Assembly (NCBI GenBank): GCA_047967505.1
Contig: CM106538.1
Strand: one strand, 5' to 3'
From: Dipteris shenzhenensis
Lineage: Eukaryota
Length of the DNA: 64,000 nucleotides
Under the pieces are notes generated by a model, which was given only the letters and a program-made list of their open reading frames with translations, made no database searches and was not told the DNA's origin. Of the stretch, positions 1 to 12,772 are shown one piece after another. The position numbers and the translations under genes are program-made. How positions within the stretch are numbered: the first letter of the stretch is position 1; each line of letters opens with the position of its first letter.

Positions 1-671
1 TGCTTGAGACCCTTGGCCCTCGTTGAAGCCGTGTAAGGCTAATCCACCATCATCATCACTAGGGGTTTCCATTTTCTGAGCAGAAACTCCCGAGCAACAA
101 GTGGACAAAAGGTAGGAGGGGTCAAAATATATAGGCTCAAGTCATTTTTGGGGAGCAAAAAAATCCAAATTATTTCAAGGAATATGTAAGTAAATATGAA
201 ATACTAATAAATAGATATATATATATATATATATACCTTTATATAATATACATATATAATGTCCAAGTGGTGACTTATTTTATCACTTTCAAAAATGCTT
301 TCTTTTCCTTTCACCATTGGTTGGATCGTGAAATTTTGAGCAAATATCCTCTTTATAGTTCCTCAGGATGACCTAAGAAAATAATATAATACTTTTTGAA
401 TAGACCCTCTAAGTGTATTTTTCCAAAGGAATATGGTTTGAAGAGCTTGCCCCCCAACCCTATTCCGGCACTGGTGGAATACCCTTGGAGAGCCTATGCA
501 GAAGGGGTCCTAACTTTTGCTCCTTATCTCAGATTGAGGAGCTGTAAAAATCATAAGAAAATAGAGTTTTTGAATCTAACTAAATGTAACATTTTCAAGG
601 AAATGCATTTTTGTTAGTAAATCCCAATCAATAAATCCCAAACAAGCGAAAGTGATCTTGCCTTTCTTTAG

Positions 672-828
672 TTGACTATAATAACAATGACTTTGCATGA
701 GGGGCCATCTAGTTCACAGGCTTAGATTAGCATTGAGTCAGAATCAGACTACAATAACAATGACTTTGCATGAGGGACCATCTAATTCGCACACTCAAAT
801 TAGCATTAAGCTAGAGTTAGACTGTAAG
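672..828. repeat. Two degenerate tandem copies of a ~73-bp unit
   Basis: gacta(t/c)aataacaatgactttgcatgaggg..ccatcta...attagcatt occurs at ~674 and ~747. Confidence 0.8.
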
Positions 829-859
829 AACATATCATACTGTTAGAATTTTTTGATGA

Positions 860-1435
860 TCGAGAAATTCTCCCATGGCAACCATCTAATCGCACGTCAT
901 GGCTAGATAATGATGTATATGACTGCCTACACTAGGCTGGGCTACCGGCAAATATGGGTGAATATGCCACCGCTCCTCCCCCCTCATCCCATTGAATTAT
1001 TATGATCTTGGCTCCGATGACCAAGAAATTCTCCCATGGCAACCATCTAATTGCATGTCATGGCTAGACGATGATGTATATGACCGCCTATGCTAGCTTG
1101 GGCTACTAGCAAGTTGGGTGCATGTGCTACTGCTCCTCCCCCCTCACCCCATTGAATTATTATGATTTTGGCACTGCTGACCAATAAATTCTCCCATGGC
1201 AACCATCTAAATGGCTAGACGATGATGTATATGACTGCCTACGCTAGGCTAGCTGACCAGCAAGCTGAGTGCATGTGCCATCGCTCCTTCCCCCTCATCC
1301 CATTGAATTATTATGATCTTGTCTCCAATGACTGAGAAATTCTCCCATGGCAACCATATAATCGCATGTCATGGATAGACGATGATGTATATGACGCCAA
1401 GGCTGGGTTACCAGCAAAATCTAGCAAGTGGATTG
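860..1435. repeat. Tandem array of ~150-161-bp units (about 3.6 copies)
   Basis: aaattctcccatggcaaccatcta...gatgatgtatatgac...cccattgaattattatgat recurs at ~864, 1026, 1186 and 1337; a further partial copy lies at ~2945. Confidence 0.9.
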
Positions 1436-2483
1436 TGTTGTGGATGTGTCAATTTTATGAGCAAAAACCTATGAGCAGGTTTCTCTGAGCGTGTTTTTCA
1501 AGAGATTTAAAAATTTGTATTTCTTTAGGAAACATGGTTTTTATGCTTTTATTTTCACTAGAACTAGATCCCTTTATCATAAAAATATATAGACTAGTCA
1601 CTCATTCATTTTTACACAACATAAATTTTTTAATCTATAGACATCCCTTTGTACCCCTGTTATTACCTAAAAAAAGTGTTTAAAAATAATTCCTTTAAGA
1701 AACATCCCTCATAATCACTCTCAATGTAATAATACTATACACATATAATTACTTATTAATACATTTATATCATATGGCAATATCTTTCTAGTGTTTTTAT
1801 AGCATAAATAACAAGATATTTATGGACATGTTTCTAAAGAAGTTTAAATTACTATAAATAAGTATTAACTTGGGCTCATATATCACTCTCCTAAAATACA
1901 TATAATATTAATACTATATATGCAAGATTTTCCAAAATATAAGCCCTTAGATGTGCTCAAATGGGGTGTTCTGATCAATTTGAGTGGCTGAATGACTATA
2001 TTGGGACAATGGATGTGAAAGTTATGTCACTTTTAAAAGTGTTGTCCAAGGTAGTTTCGCTAGCCAAACTACCTTGGAAGACCTACTTCAAAGGGGTTTC
2101 GTTGGCAAAAATACCTGGATGGCTTGCTTTAATGAGTTTTCTTTGAAGAAACCCTTTCATGAAGATAGGTTGAGAGAGGTTTTTCAATGTCACTCCCTAT
2201 TAAGTAAAAGTTGTAAGAAGGATCATAAGAATTTTCATATAGAAGTCTACTCTACATGTGGGTTTCTTCAAAAGCCATCCCATTATGTTCTCACCATTCC
2301 TAAAGATTCATGTAAAGATTTGTGTATAAAATAGGCATTGCTATAATGCTTTGCATATTTCTAAGTGAAACTATGTTTTCTTTTGATCCATTTTTGCCAT
2401 AATTTTTGCATTGTTGGAAGCTTTTGTTTTTCCTTCACTCGGATGCTTGAAAGATTTCGCTCAAAAAATGCTCATCCCCATCA
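1436..2483. mobile_element. ~1.05-kb insertion with TG...CA ends and ~33-bp imperfect terminal inverted repeats (solo LTR or non-autonomous TIR element)
   Basis: The left end tgttgtggatgtgtcaattttatgagcaaaaacct resembles the reverse complement of the right end, tgatggggatgagcattttttgagcgaaatct. The flanks ggattg|tgtgctc are contiguous in the paralogous copy near 3050. Confidence 0.7.
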
Positions 2484-3496
2484 TGTGCTCTTAGCAGTGA
2501 TAAGCACCCAAAGTCGCACAAACTAACATAAGAAAAGAAGGGAAAAAGAGTGGTAGGGCGGAAAGTCTAGCTATATAAAGGCCTGAAGGGCTCACTTCAC
2601 CCAAGAAAATCCCTCTCCTACCCCATTCCATGCTCTCCAAGCTCCCTTCCACCCTTGTGTTGAATCTTGTGCTACAACCTCGCTACCCCTTCAGAATGCT
2701 GCCCAAGTCATGGAATCCATTGTTTGCCTTGACAATGTCTCTCCATCCTACAACACTCCACGAGTCACATAACCATGACCAAGGGAGTTGCAGGATGGGG
2801 AACCAAGGGAAATGGGTAGTAAGGGAAGAATTATAGAATGGATTTTAGGTCTATCACATTTGATCCCGTTCTCAGCTATGAATGTCCATCCTTGTTGTTC
2901 TATCAGGCACTTGGAAAGGACTCAACTTAGTTATGAGCCTCTCAAAATTCTCCCATGGCAACCATCTAATCGCACGTCATGGATAGATGATGATGTATAT
3001 GATTGCCTATGCTAGGCTGGGCTACCAGCAAAATCCAGCAGGTGGATTGTGTGCTCTTAGCAATGATAGGCACCCAGAGTCACACAAACTAGCATAAGAA
3101 AGGAAGGAGAAAAGAGTGGGAGGGGTGAAAGTCTAGATATATAAAGTCCTTGAGGGCCAGAGAAACAATTCACTTCACCCACGAAAATACCTCTCCTGCC
3201 CCATTACATGCTCTCCAAGCTCCCTTCCACCCTTGTGATGAATCTTCAGTTACAATCTCGCTACCCCTTCATAATGCTACCCAAGTCATGGAATCCATTG
3301 TTTGCCTTGTCTCTCCATCGTGCAACACTCCACAAGCCATAGCCATGACCAAGAGAGATGTAGGATGGGGAGCCAAGGGAAACGGGTCTTAAGGACAGGA
3401 TTATAGAATGGATTTCAAGTCTATCACATTTGATCCCGTTCTCAGTTACAAATGTCCATCCTCATTGTTCCGTCAGGCACTAGAGAGAACTCAACC
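2484..3496. repeat. ~560-bp-period tandem duplication (2484-2930 vs 3050-3496)
   Basis: tgtgctcttagca...cacaaacta.cataagaaa...ctccaagctcccttccacccttgtg...ctatcacatttgatcccgttctcag appears in both copies. Confidence 0.85.
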
Positions 3497-3689
3497 TTTG
3501 GCAGTGGGGAAGGAGAACTCGACTTGGTGAAGATAAGCTCTAACACATTGAGAACATCATTGTGTTGGAGCTCACTACCAGATTGAGTTCCTTGCCCACC
3601 ACAGTCAAAGGTTGTGCTTGATTACACTCACCACCAAGTTGAGTTCTCTCTCCCAATGCCTTGAAGGAAGATGCTATGAAGAAGGTTAT

Positions 3690-4660
3690 GCTCAACTATG
3701 AGGTGCTCGTATTTTCCCCTGCATACGAGGAGTTTTGGATCAAAACTATAAGAAAGTGCTAACTATGAGGTGCTCGTATTGTCCCTTGCATATGAGGCAC
3801 TAGGTCAAAAGTGTAAAAAAGTGCTAACGAGGGCAAAAAATGACACCAGGCCCCACCACAGCGGTGGTGTTAACAAGTGCTAAAAGTGTTTAAAGAAGTG
3901 TCACAAAGACAAAGTGCTAGCATATTTGGATATAATCTATTTTGTTGAATGTTTGCTTTAAATATAATTTCTTTTGTTTCAATTTCAATGTAATACTATT
4001 ATCGCAAAAATTATCAGATGTAATTTCTTTTGTTTCAATTTCAATGTAGTTCCATTATCGCAAAAACTATTGTTATTGTTACTTTGGTAGTGAAAGTGAA
4101 TCTAAAGAAGCAAAAATGGCATGTTTTTGCCCTTGTTTACATTTTACTACAACCATAGGGATCGTTGCACAAGAAATTGTTGAAAAAACTGTTGTTATTG
4201 TAGTGAAAATGGTTCAGAATGCCCTCAGTTAAGATTTACTGCAACCACTATGATTGTTGCACAAGCAATTGCTACAAAAGGACTAAAATAGATCTAAAAT
4301 AGGACTACATTTTCCTTAGCTTGGAACTACAATAGCACTAAAATAGCTCCAAGAACTAGGAAAAATTGTTACACAAGGACTAGTAGGACTAAAACAGCTT
4401 CAAAATAGGAGTATATTTTCCTTAGCTTAGAACTATAATAACTCTAATAACCAGTGTGATGGTTGCAAGGAAACTATCATAGATTTCAAATGTCTAAATT
4501 TTTCTTAGTTTGGAAGTAAAATATCTCCAAGAACTAGTGCGGTGGTTGACAAATTGTTGCACAACGACTAATAGGACTAAAATTGTTCTAAAATAAGACT
4601 ATATTTTCCTTGGTTTAGAGCTAAAATAGCTCCAACAATCAGCACAATGGTTGCAGATAT
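3690..4660. repeat. Cluster of short degenerate tandem repeats
   Basis: aactatgaggtgctcgtatt x2, taatttcttttgtttcaatttcaatgta x2, and several ggactaaaa..agct..aa.aa.tagg / tattttccttagctt units. Confidence 0.6.
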
Positions 4661-5208
4661 GGACCTTGAGGTGTCCCCTTTAGGGATTGACATGCCATGG
4701 TGGTCTTCATGCCAACATGGTGTTCTCTCCATGCCAAGATCATTGCTCAAACCAAAACGGTGGTCAACGCAACAAAAGATTGTGTTGCGCAACAATAGAT
4801 GGCAAAGCTGCACAATGACAGGTGGTAAGGAAAACGTTTTGTGCTATAGTCAGGCCAAAGTGGTGGTCGCTCCATGCCAACATCATTGCTCAAACCAGAA
4901 GAAGGGTGGTTAGCACAGCAAAAGAGTGTTGTGTAGTGAAAGATGGCGAAGCTCCACAATGATAGATGGCAAGGCAAAAGCTATGTGATGTAGTCAAGCT
5001 AGAGGTAGAGCAACCATCTCTGTGCTCATGAGTGAGTAAATGCATATAGTGCCATGCGTTGAGCTCACTAAAGCACTCCCTCAAAGCACGTTTCATGCTT
5101 ACCTCCCAATTTATCCTATCCTGGGAAAGCATAAGTTGAGTTACAATTTCTCCCCAAGCCCACTGCCCCTGGCTCTCGGGGCATGATAACCATCACAAGT
5201 GAAATTTG

Positions 5209-5338
5209 ATTAATCAATTGTATGAGGTGAAATAGAATGAGAAGGAATGTTCAATTAATCAATTGTATGAGGTGAAATAGAATGAGAAGGAATGTTCGAT
5301 TAATCAATTGTATGAGGTGAAACAGAATGAGAAGGAAT
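5209..5338 (+). repeat. 3 x 45-bp in-frame tandem repeat at the start of the Gypsy gag remnant
   Basis: attaatcaattgtatgaggtgaaa(t/c)agaatgagaaggaat starts at 5209, 5254 and 5299. Confidence 0.95.
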
Positions 5339-6280
5339 CCCTTTGAGACTATATCATGAGGATCAAACACCTCAATTCCCACTACAAACTACATGAGAGA
5401 ATGAGCAACAAGTGATTATTGCCACGCTTCCTCATTGGATTGGAGGATACGAAGCTCACTTAACGGTTATGAACCCTGCATCTTTTGAACTCTACAGTAG
5501 CAGCAAGGTAGCCATCTGTATACGTGATAATATGATGGATAAGGATGTCAAGGACAAAACAGTAGCCCTATCCGAGGTATCACCATTGGTAAGGTCTTCT
5601 AGTAAGAAGCATACCAAGAAGGAGGATAAAGAGTCTAAGGGGTCAGATATGGGCGATTTGGCCTCTAATATATTGAATCAACTGGGCCAGCATTGGAAGG
5701 TAGGAACCTATAAGGAAACATTAAGTAACCCCCACTTATTCCTGAGAAGAGACAATGTGTGGTGTGGGGTATGCAACGGCAATCACTTTTCAAATGAGTG
5801 CCCTCACCTCAAAGCAAGGCAAGCCCTCTACTGTGCATACTGCTAAGGATGGGGGAACCATGATACCTCTCAATGCTAATTTCCAAAGGTCCTCCCCCAA
5901 CCGATCTACTAGTCGAGGCCTCAATTGGCCTTGACGAACCCACCCAACCCAATTAATGTGCAAGGAGCCCCTTTAGCGAATTCAGAGCAATATAGGGCAC
6001 AACATGATCCATTAACACCACCCTTATCAGGTCCACAAACTCTCTCACCTTGTATACTAGATCCATTACCAACACCCATACTAGGTCCACAGCTGCCCTC
6101 ACTTGTATAACTCCAGTCAACCAAATATTGGTGGAAGAACTACCTAATGATTGGGAAGAGCTGGATGATGATCATGAACATCCCGACTATCATCCTTACA
6201 AGGAGGGAATGGGCATCATAAGCACTACCTTTTACATGAGGATTAGCATGTTCCATATATCAGATAGTGCATGTCGTCAC
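5299..6280 (+). pseudogene. gag: Gypsy gag, 5' part (continues after Copia A at 11688)
   Basis: Q..ES..Y..R motif, CGVCNGNHFSNEC and CAYC*GWGNHDTSQC knuckles, then a proline-rich linker; in-frame stops present. Confidence 0.7.
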
Positions 6281-7001
6281 TGTTAGAAATCAATGTTCCA
6301 CTCTTGTGTAACTACACATGTGTAACTACACAAGAACCAGCTAACTCTATTTGTAAGCCCCCCATATGAGGAGAAGGCATTTGAGTAGCTCAGTTATCTG
6401 GTAGGTCCTAGTTTACACTAGATGGGGGCCATGTGTGGCGTGATGGCTGGACGGAGTTGGCACATTGCCAACTAGGCTACATGCAAGTGCGGGAAGGCAT
6501 CCCATAACTGACCGCACTGAGGGTAGATAGAGCTTTTCTCGAGGCAGGCCACTCTCAGGTTGCGGGGCCCGTTTGGAGCATCAGATGATCCGAAGAATGG
6601 AGACCATAAGTTAGTTGCTCTATTTTGCACACCAGCTCTATCGTGTGGTCGGTGGCCTATTTCGAGACTGACCCCTAGTCGACCGTTTTGGGCGGACTGG
6701 GTCGGTACCCAATTGAGCCCCAATCGACTACGACTCTCGGCTATATAAGAGCAAGCCCGCGAAGCCCATTTCATCACTGGCTATAGCAACCCTGATTCCT
6801 TAGCATCCAGCCTCCATCCTCTACTGTTTCCAGCTTGCCATCGAAGCTTCTTTCACAAGAGCGCACGGTTGGGAGGCAGCGCCATCTATTGTATTAGTTC
6901 TATAGTAATCAAATTTTTGATTCTCCATACTATCCAGTTTTCTCTCTTGCGTACTAGATCCTATTATCTATTGAGCACAGATGTTGTATTATTTTCTTAC
7001 A
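6281..7001 (+). repeat. 5' LTR of Copia A
   Basis: tgttaga...cttaca, homologous to 11012-11687; TATA-like ctatataag at ~6741. Confidence 0.95.
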
Positions 7002-7013
7002 TGGTATCAGAGC
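7002..7013 (+). promoter_or_regulatory. Primer binding site (tRNA-iMet) of Copia A
   Basis: TGGTATCAGAGC directly after the LTR. Confidence 0.95.
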
Positions 7014-7071
7014 CTGGACTCTAGCAAGAAGATTTGGTAGTGTGTCTCTGTTTGCGAGCAGATTGTGAGAG

Positions 7072-10000
7072 ATGGCCTAGCCCGCAAGACTGCGAATCCC
7101 ACCACATATGACCTCTGGGACACCGCTACTGGGATGGACGTGAGGCCGGTTGCGAGACCGGATCTAGCCAATGCAGGACAATAGATAGTACCAACTGCGG
7201 ATGAGATTCTCGCATGGACAAGAAGAAATGCAGCTGCGCTGTGTTCTATTATCTGCAGTGTAAGTGATTCCATCATGGTGTTGATTCAACATGTCACCAC
7301 AGCGGAGGAGGCATGGACGGTCTTGAAAAATCAGTACGAGACCACGAACCAAATGCAGATTCAGAATCTCGAGACTCAACTCGCAAACGAGAAACTGTCT
7401 GAGTTTGAAGCGGCAGAGAAGTTCATCACTAGGGTAAAGAATCTGTGTGATCAGATGACTGCGATTGGCATCACCATCACCAGTGAGAATCTAGCACGGA
7501 GGTGCACATGGATTCTCCCACCAAGGTATGACCGTCTTGTTATGGCACTGAATACACAGAATATAAATCTGCCCCTCAACTTTGATGATTTCAACGCGAT
7601 GCTTCTAGAGGAGGAGATGCATCAAAAGACGAGGACTGGAGAAGATTCGGCTTTCTAGACTGGATCAAAGAAAGGTAAGGGTAAGGACTTTGGTAACCCA
7701 TCTTCTTCTGATGATAAAAAGAGAAAGAAGAAGATCAAGTGCTTCTATTGCAACAAGGCGAGGCACAAGCAGAATGAGTGCCGAAAGAAGATTGCACATG
7801 AAAAGAACGGAGTAAAGAAAGAGTCCAACAATAGTGTGCAGGCAGTACCAGTAGAGATGTTCATAGCAATTGAGGAGATTTGCATGGAGGCAGTTCATGT
7901 ACCTACAGATGAACCGTGGATCATTGATAGTGGTGCATTGCACCACATGACCAGTCGGAAGGATTGGTATACCTCTCTACAGCCGGTAGGGAATGACATC
8001 CTAGTAGCAGTCGGCAATGATGCAAAATGTCCAGCAAAAGGAAAAGGTACAATTGCTCTCAAGTTAGATGGAGTTGTAAAAGAGTTGTCTGATGTTCTTT
8101 ATGTGCCAAATATCAAGAAGAACTTCTTGTTTGTTTCTACGATAATGGATCGGGACCTCAAAGTTCACTTTGATAAGAATGGCGCACAGATTTTGGATCT
8201 TCAAGGGAAGGTCATTGGTAAAGGTACATGGCACAACAACATCTACAAACTCTCAGCTTTCAGTGCTCAAGCCGATGTGAAGAACACTAAGCTGTGGCAT
8301 GAGAGGTTTGGTCATCTAAACCTTAGTTCTTTGAAGGAGATGCATACAAGTGGAATGATTGTAGACCTACCAAAAATTTCAGATTTGCCCGATGTATGTG
8401 AAGCTTGCATGATGGGCAAGCAGCATCGACATCCCTTTCCTAAAGAGGCCAGTAGGGAAAAGGCTCCTCTAGAGCTCATTCACACGGAGCTCTGCAAAAA
8501 GATGGAGATGGAAGCTTTGGGTGGTTCCTACTACTTCATGACACTGATCGACGACTACAGTAGAAGGATATGGATATACATATGAAGACTAAAGACGAGG
8601 CTTTTAGTAGATTCAAGGAATGGCATGTAATGGTCGAGAAAGAATCAAGGAGGAAGGTGAAGAAGTTGAGATTACCAGAGGTGGAGAGTTCACATCAACT
8701 GAATTTGAAAGCTACTACAAAAGTCACGAGATCAAGAGGCAGAAACCCCTGCCACATACATCACAGCAAAATGGAGTAGCAGAATGCAAGATGCACGTCA
8801 TCTGTGAAATGGGCTGGAGTATGATGAAAGGGAAAGATTTGCCAAAGACTTTTTGGGCTGAAGCATGTAACACGGCAGTTTACATCCTGAATCATAACTA
8901 CACGAAGGCTGTGAATGGGATGACTCCACTGCAAGCCTTTTCTAGTAAGAAACCTTTAGCTGCACATTTCAGAGTTTTTGGAAGTGACTGTTTTGTGCAT
9001 GTCCCTTATGCTACTATGACCAAATGGGAACCGAAGAGCTGGAAATGTATTTTCTTGGGCTACAATGAAGAGGTGAAGGGTTACCGTCTCTATAATCCTA
9101 TTACCAAGAAGGTAATTGTAAGTCACAAATGTGGTCTTCTCAGAACAGCCGCATCAATTGGAGGAGGATGCTTCCTTCCCAGACAACCCATCCAGTACCA
9201 CCAACAACAACAGACCGAACTCCTCCAATGGTGCTTGGGAGGATTCAAGATAAAGAAGATGAAGAAGAGCCTACAAAACCACAATGGCAACGACCATTCC
9301 CAAAGTGGGTAAAGTAGCTTTTGGATGGCAGAAAACCTCTAGCCATTGAGGAGGAACCATCTGAACACCACCGGTCCAAGATATTAGAGGAGCAAAGAAG
9401 CGCATGAACACTTGGTCAACTATGCTTTGATGACAGAGGTGATCCATGCTGATGAACCCAAGTGTCTTGAAGAGGCACAGGGTGATGATAGGTGGATGGA
9501 GGCTATGCGATCCGAGTATGGCTCCATAATGAAGAACAACACTTGGGACCTTGTGGATCGACCACCAAAATGCAAGGTAATCAGAACCAAGTGGGTGTAC
9601 AAGACTAAGTACAAGTCCGATGGCACGTTGGATAAGTACAAGGCTCCACTCGTGGCAAAAGGATTCACACAAGTACATGGTTTTGATTATCAGGATACTT
9701 TTGCTCCCACAGCTCGAGTAACCACAATTCGCAGTGTTTTGGCTTTATCTACCGAGGGAAGTTGGCCCATGTTTCAGATGGATGTTAAATCTGCCTTTTT
9801 AAATGGAGATCTCAAGGAGGAGGTATACATGGAACAACCACCAGGTTTTGAGATCCCCGGTTCTAAAGGTAAAGTCTACAAACTGAAGAAGGCACTTTAT
9901 GGGCTGAAACAGACCCGACGAGCATGGTACCAGTGAATTGATGCCTACTTTTTGCAAAACGGGTTCAGGAGGAGCCCATCTGATGCAAATTTGTATATCT

Positions 10001-10981
10001 TCAGAGAAGGAGGCAAGTGTATGATCGTGGTCCTTTATGTGAATGACCTTGTCATAACAGGGAACCATGAAGAGAAGATCTTGCAGACGAAGCATTTGCT
10101 AGGAAGAGAGATTGAAATGACAGACCTCGGACTGATGCATTTCTATTTGGGGATTGAAGTTTGGTAGGAGCCAAAACAGCAGATCTTCATTTCACAGCTG
10201 AAGTATGCTAGAGAGATACTAAAGGCATTTGGCATGGCTGAGTCCAAGACATTTGGTACCCCTATGGAGGTTGATGTGAAGCTCTCAAATGAGGATTCAT
10301 CACCACTGGTGGATGAAGCAAAGTACCGAAGACTTGTGGGCAGCTTGATTTACTTGTGCAACATGAGGCCAGGGACATCAGCTTTGTAACTGGTGTACTA
10401 AGCAGGTTTTCCGATAAGCCCAGGGAGAACCATTGGAGGGCAAGGATGTGGGTGCTTAAATACATCAAAGGCACACTTGATTATGGCATCACCTATACCA
10501 AGGGCAACATCTTGACCGGATTCTGTGACTCGGATTGGCAAGAAACATGGACAGTAGGAGATCAATGACAAGTTATTGTTTCTCACTTGGATCTAGAGCT
10601 ATGTCATGGGTCAGCAAGAAGCAACCCATAGTTGCTCTTTCTTCTACCGAGGCTGAGTACAAATCTGGATGCTTTGCTTCTTGTGAGGCAATATAGTTGA
10701 GGAGGATTTTAGGGGACATGGGTGTAGTGCAGAACAAGCCTACGCAATTATCATGTGACAATCAGAGTTGCATGGCAATTGCAAAGAACGCTGTGTTCCA
10801 TGCTCGCACAAAACACATCGAGATTCAATATCACTTTGTACACAAGCTCATCATGGATGGAGAGGTCAACTTGGTGTACTGTCCGACTACAAAGAATGCT
10901 GCGGACATCTTCACGAAGGCTCTTGGAAGAGACTTGCTAGAGAGGCATTTTCATCGACTTGGCATTGGACTGAAAAAGTAA
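7072..10981 (+). pseudogene. gag-pol: Copia A gag-pol, with many stops and frameshifts
   Basis: WIIDSGA protease, WHERFGH/CEAC integrase zinc finger, [13 protein letters not shown] and YVND (catalytic D>N), RNase H CDNQS...HARTKHIEI. Confidence 0.95.
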
Positions 10982-11011
10982 GTTCACTTGCGGGTGGACA
11001 TTGAGGGGGGG

Positions 11012-11687
11012 TGTTAGATATCAATGCTCCACTCTCATGTAACTACGCAGGAACCAACTAACTCTACTTGTAAGCCCCCTATATGAGGAGAAGGCATTTG
11101 AGTAGCTCAGTTATCTGGTAGGTCTGGTTTACACCAGATGGGGGCCATGTGTGGCCTGATGACTAGACGGAGTTGGCACATTGCCAACTAGGCTACATGC
11201 AAGTGCAGGAAGGCATCCCATGACTGACCGCACTGAGGGTAGACAGAGCTTTTCTTGGGGCAGCCCGTTTGGAGCCTCAGATGATTCGGTGACCATAGGT
11301 CAGTTGCTCTATTTTGTGCACCGGTTCTATCGTGTGGTTGGTGGCCTATTTCGGGACTGACCCCCAGTTGACTATTTTGGGCAGACTGGGTTGGTCAGCC
11401 AGTTGAGCCCAACCGACTACGACTGCTAGCTATATAAAAGCAAGCCCGTGAAGCCCATTTGATCACTAGCTATAGCAACCCTGATTCCTTAGCATCAAAC
11501 CTCTATCCTCTACTGTTTCCAACTTGCCATCGAAGCTTCTTTCACAGGAGTGCAAGGTTGGGAGGCAGCGCCATCTATTCTATCAGTTCTACAGTAATCA
11601 AATTATTGATTCTCCATACTATCTGGTTTTCTCTCTTGCGTACTAGATCCTGTTATCTGTTGAGCATAGACATATTATTTTCTTACA
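11012..11687 (+). repeat. 3' LTR of Copia A
   Basis: tgttagata...cttaca, preceded by the PPT and followed by TSD gtcac. Confidence 0.95.
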
Positions 11688-12772
11688 GTCACGAGGGCAA
11701 GAGACATGAATTCTTTGGCATGAAGGCCCTCGATCCAATGCTATACATGTCAGGTTCCACACAAGGCAAGTGAATGCCCACATAAGGGCACAAAATTCCC
11801 CCCTGTGTCATGTTTTAAATGCCAAGGGCCACACTTTTTAAAGGACTGCCATACATGGATCTTACCACGATGATCCTACCAACAGTTGGTGCCACACCCT
11901 TGTGTGGTGGATGTGGAGTGGAGCATTTATTCAAGGATTGTTTGCTATGGAGACAGCGACTCCAACCACCCCACTCAAGAGAACTAGCATCAATTTACTA
12001 AGCATTGAACAAGGTCAAGCAGTGGCAGTGCCCTTGAAGGTCATCACGAGGATGCAGGAAAAGGGCCTAGGGAAGGAAATGAAGAAGCAGACAACGAAAG
12101 ACAGGACTCCCATGTCTCAAATTCCCAAGACACCCTGGCCCTCACAAACAAAGTACAAGAAGGTCACAAGAGTGGGTGAAGGAACTAATCAAGTGCTTAT
12201 CCAAGATGGTCAAATGAAGAGACAGCCGCCCTCGCCACCTCCTCTACATCCAGACCAGCCCCTTCTCAAGATGATATCCTAGTATGACCCCATATCCGGA
12301 TGTAAACAAGCTAGTGTGGGCCCACGACCTCACATCTCCACCTTCTTATAAGGGATCATATATCGACCCAAAATTAGAGAAACAATGCTTAATAGATGCT
12401 CAAAACTTAGTATGGGAATGCCAAGAGAAATTCGAGCATAGGCTCAAGGTTAACAGAGGGTCAAATACCATCCACCCTGATCACCTAGCTACTCATAGGG
12501 ATGAAAATGCACTTAGGGTTCTAGAGAGAGTGGAAGAAGAGGAACCATGCAGCTCTGGTAACTCACAGGTATCAGACTTGATGCAATGGATGTTTAGTGT
12601 GGAGGGAGACGTCTTAAGGACCACATGATCTTTCCGAGTTAGCATCCTTCATCTCCACAGAGGTCAAGATGCGAAGTGCATTTTCTTAAGGGGGAATCCT
12701 ACCCTCTGCCAAGACCTCTCAAATAGGATGAACGAACAAATCCTACCCCAAGGTCCTACCAACCCCAAAGAC

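Larger units (their letters stand above)
6281..11687 (+). mobile_element. Full-length Ty1/Copia LTR retrotransposon A, degenerate
   Basis: LTRs 6281-7001 and 11012-11687 (TG...CA), 5-bp TSD GTCAC (6276-6280, 11688-11692), PBS tggtatcagagc 7002-7013, PPT gaggggggg 11003-11011, domain order gag-PR-INT-RT-RH. Confidence 0.97.

Noticed and set aside
860-1435. Possible CRISPR-like array
   Set aside because: Whole units are repeated with no unique spacers; eukaryotic context with no cas genes.
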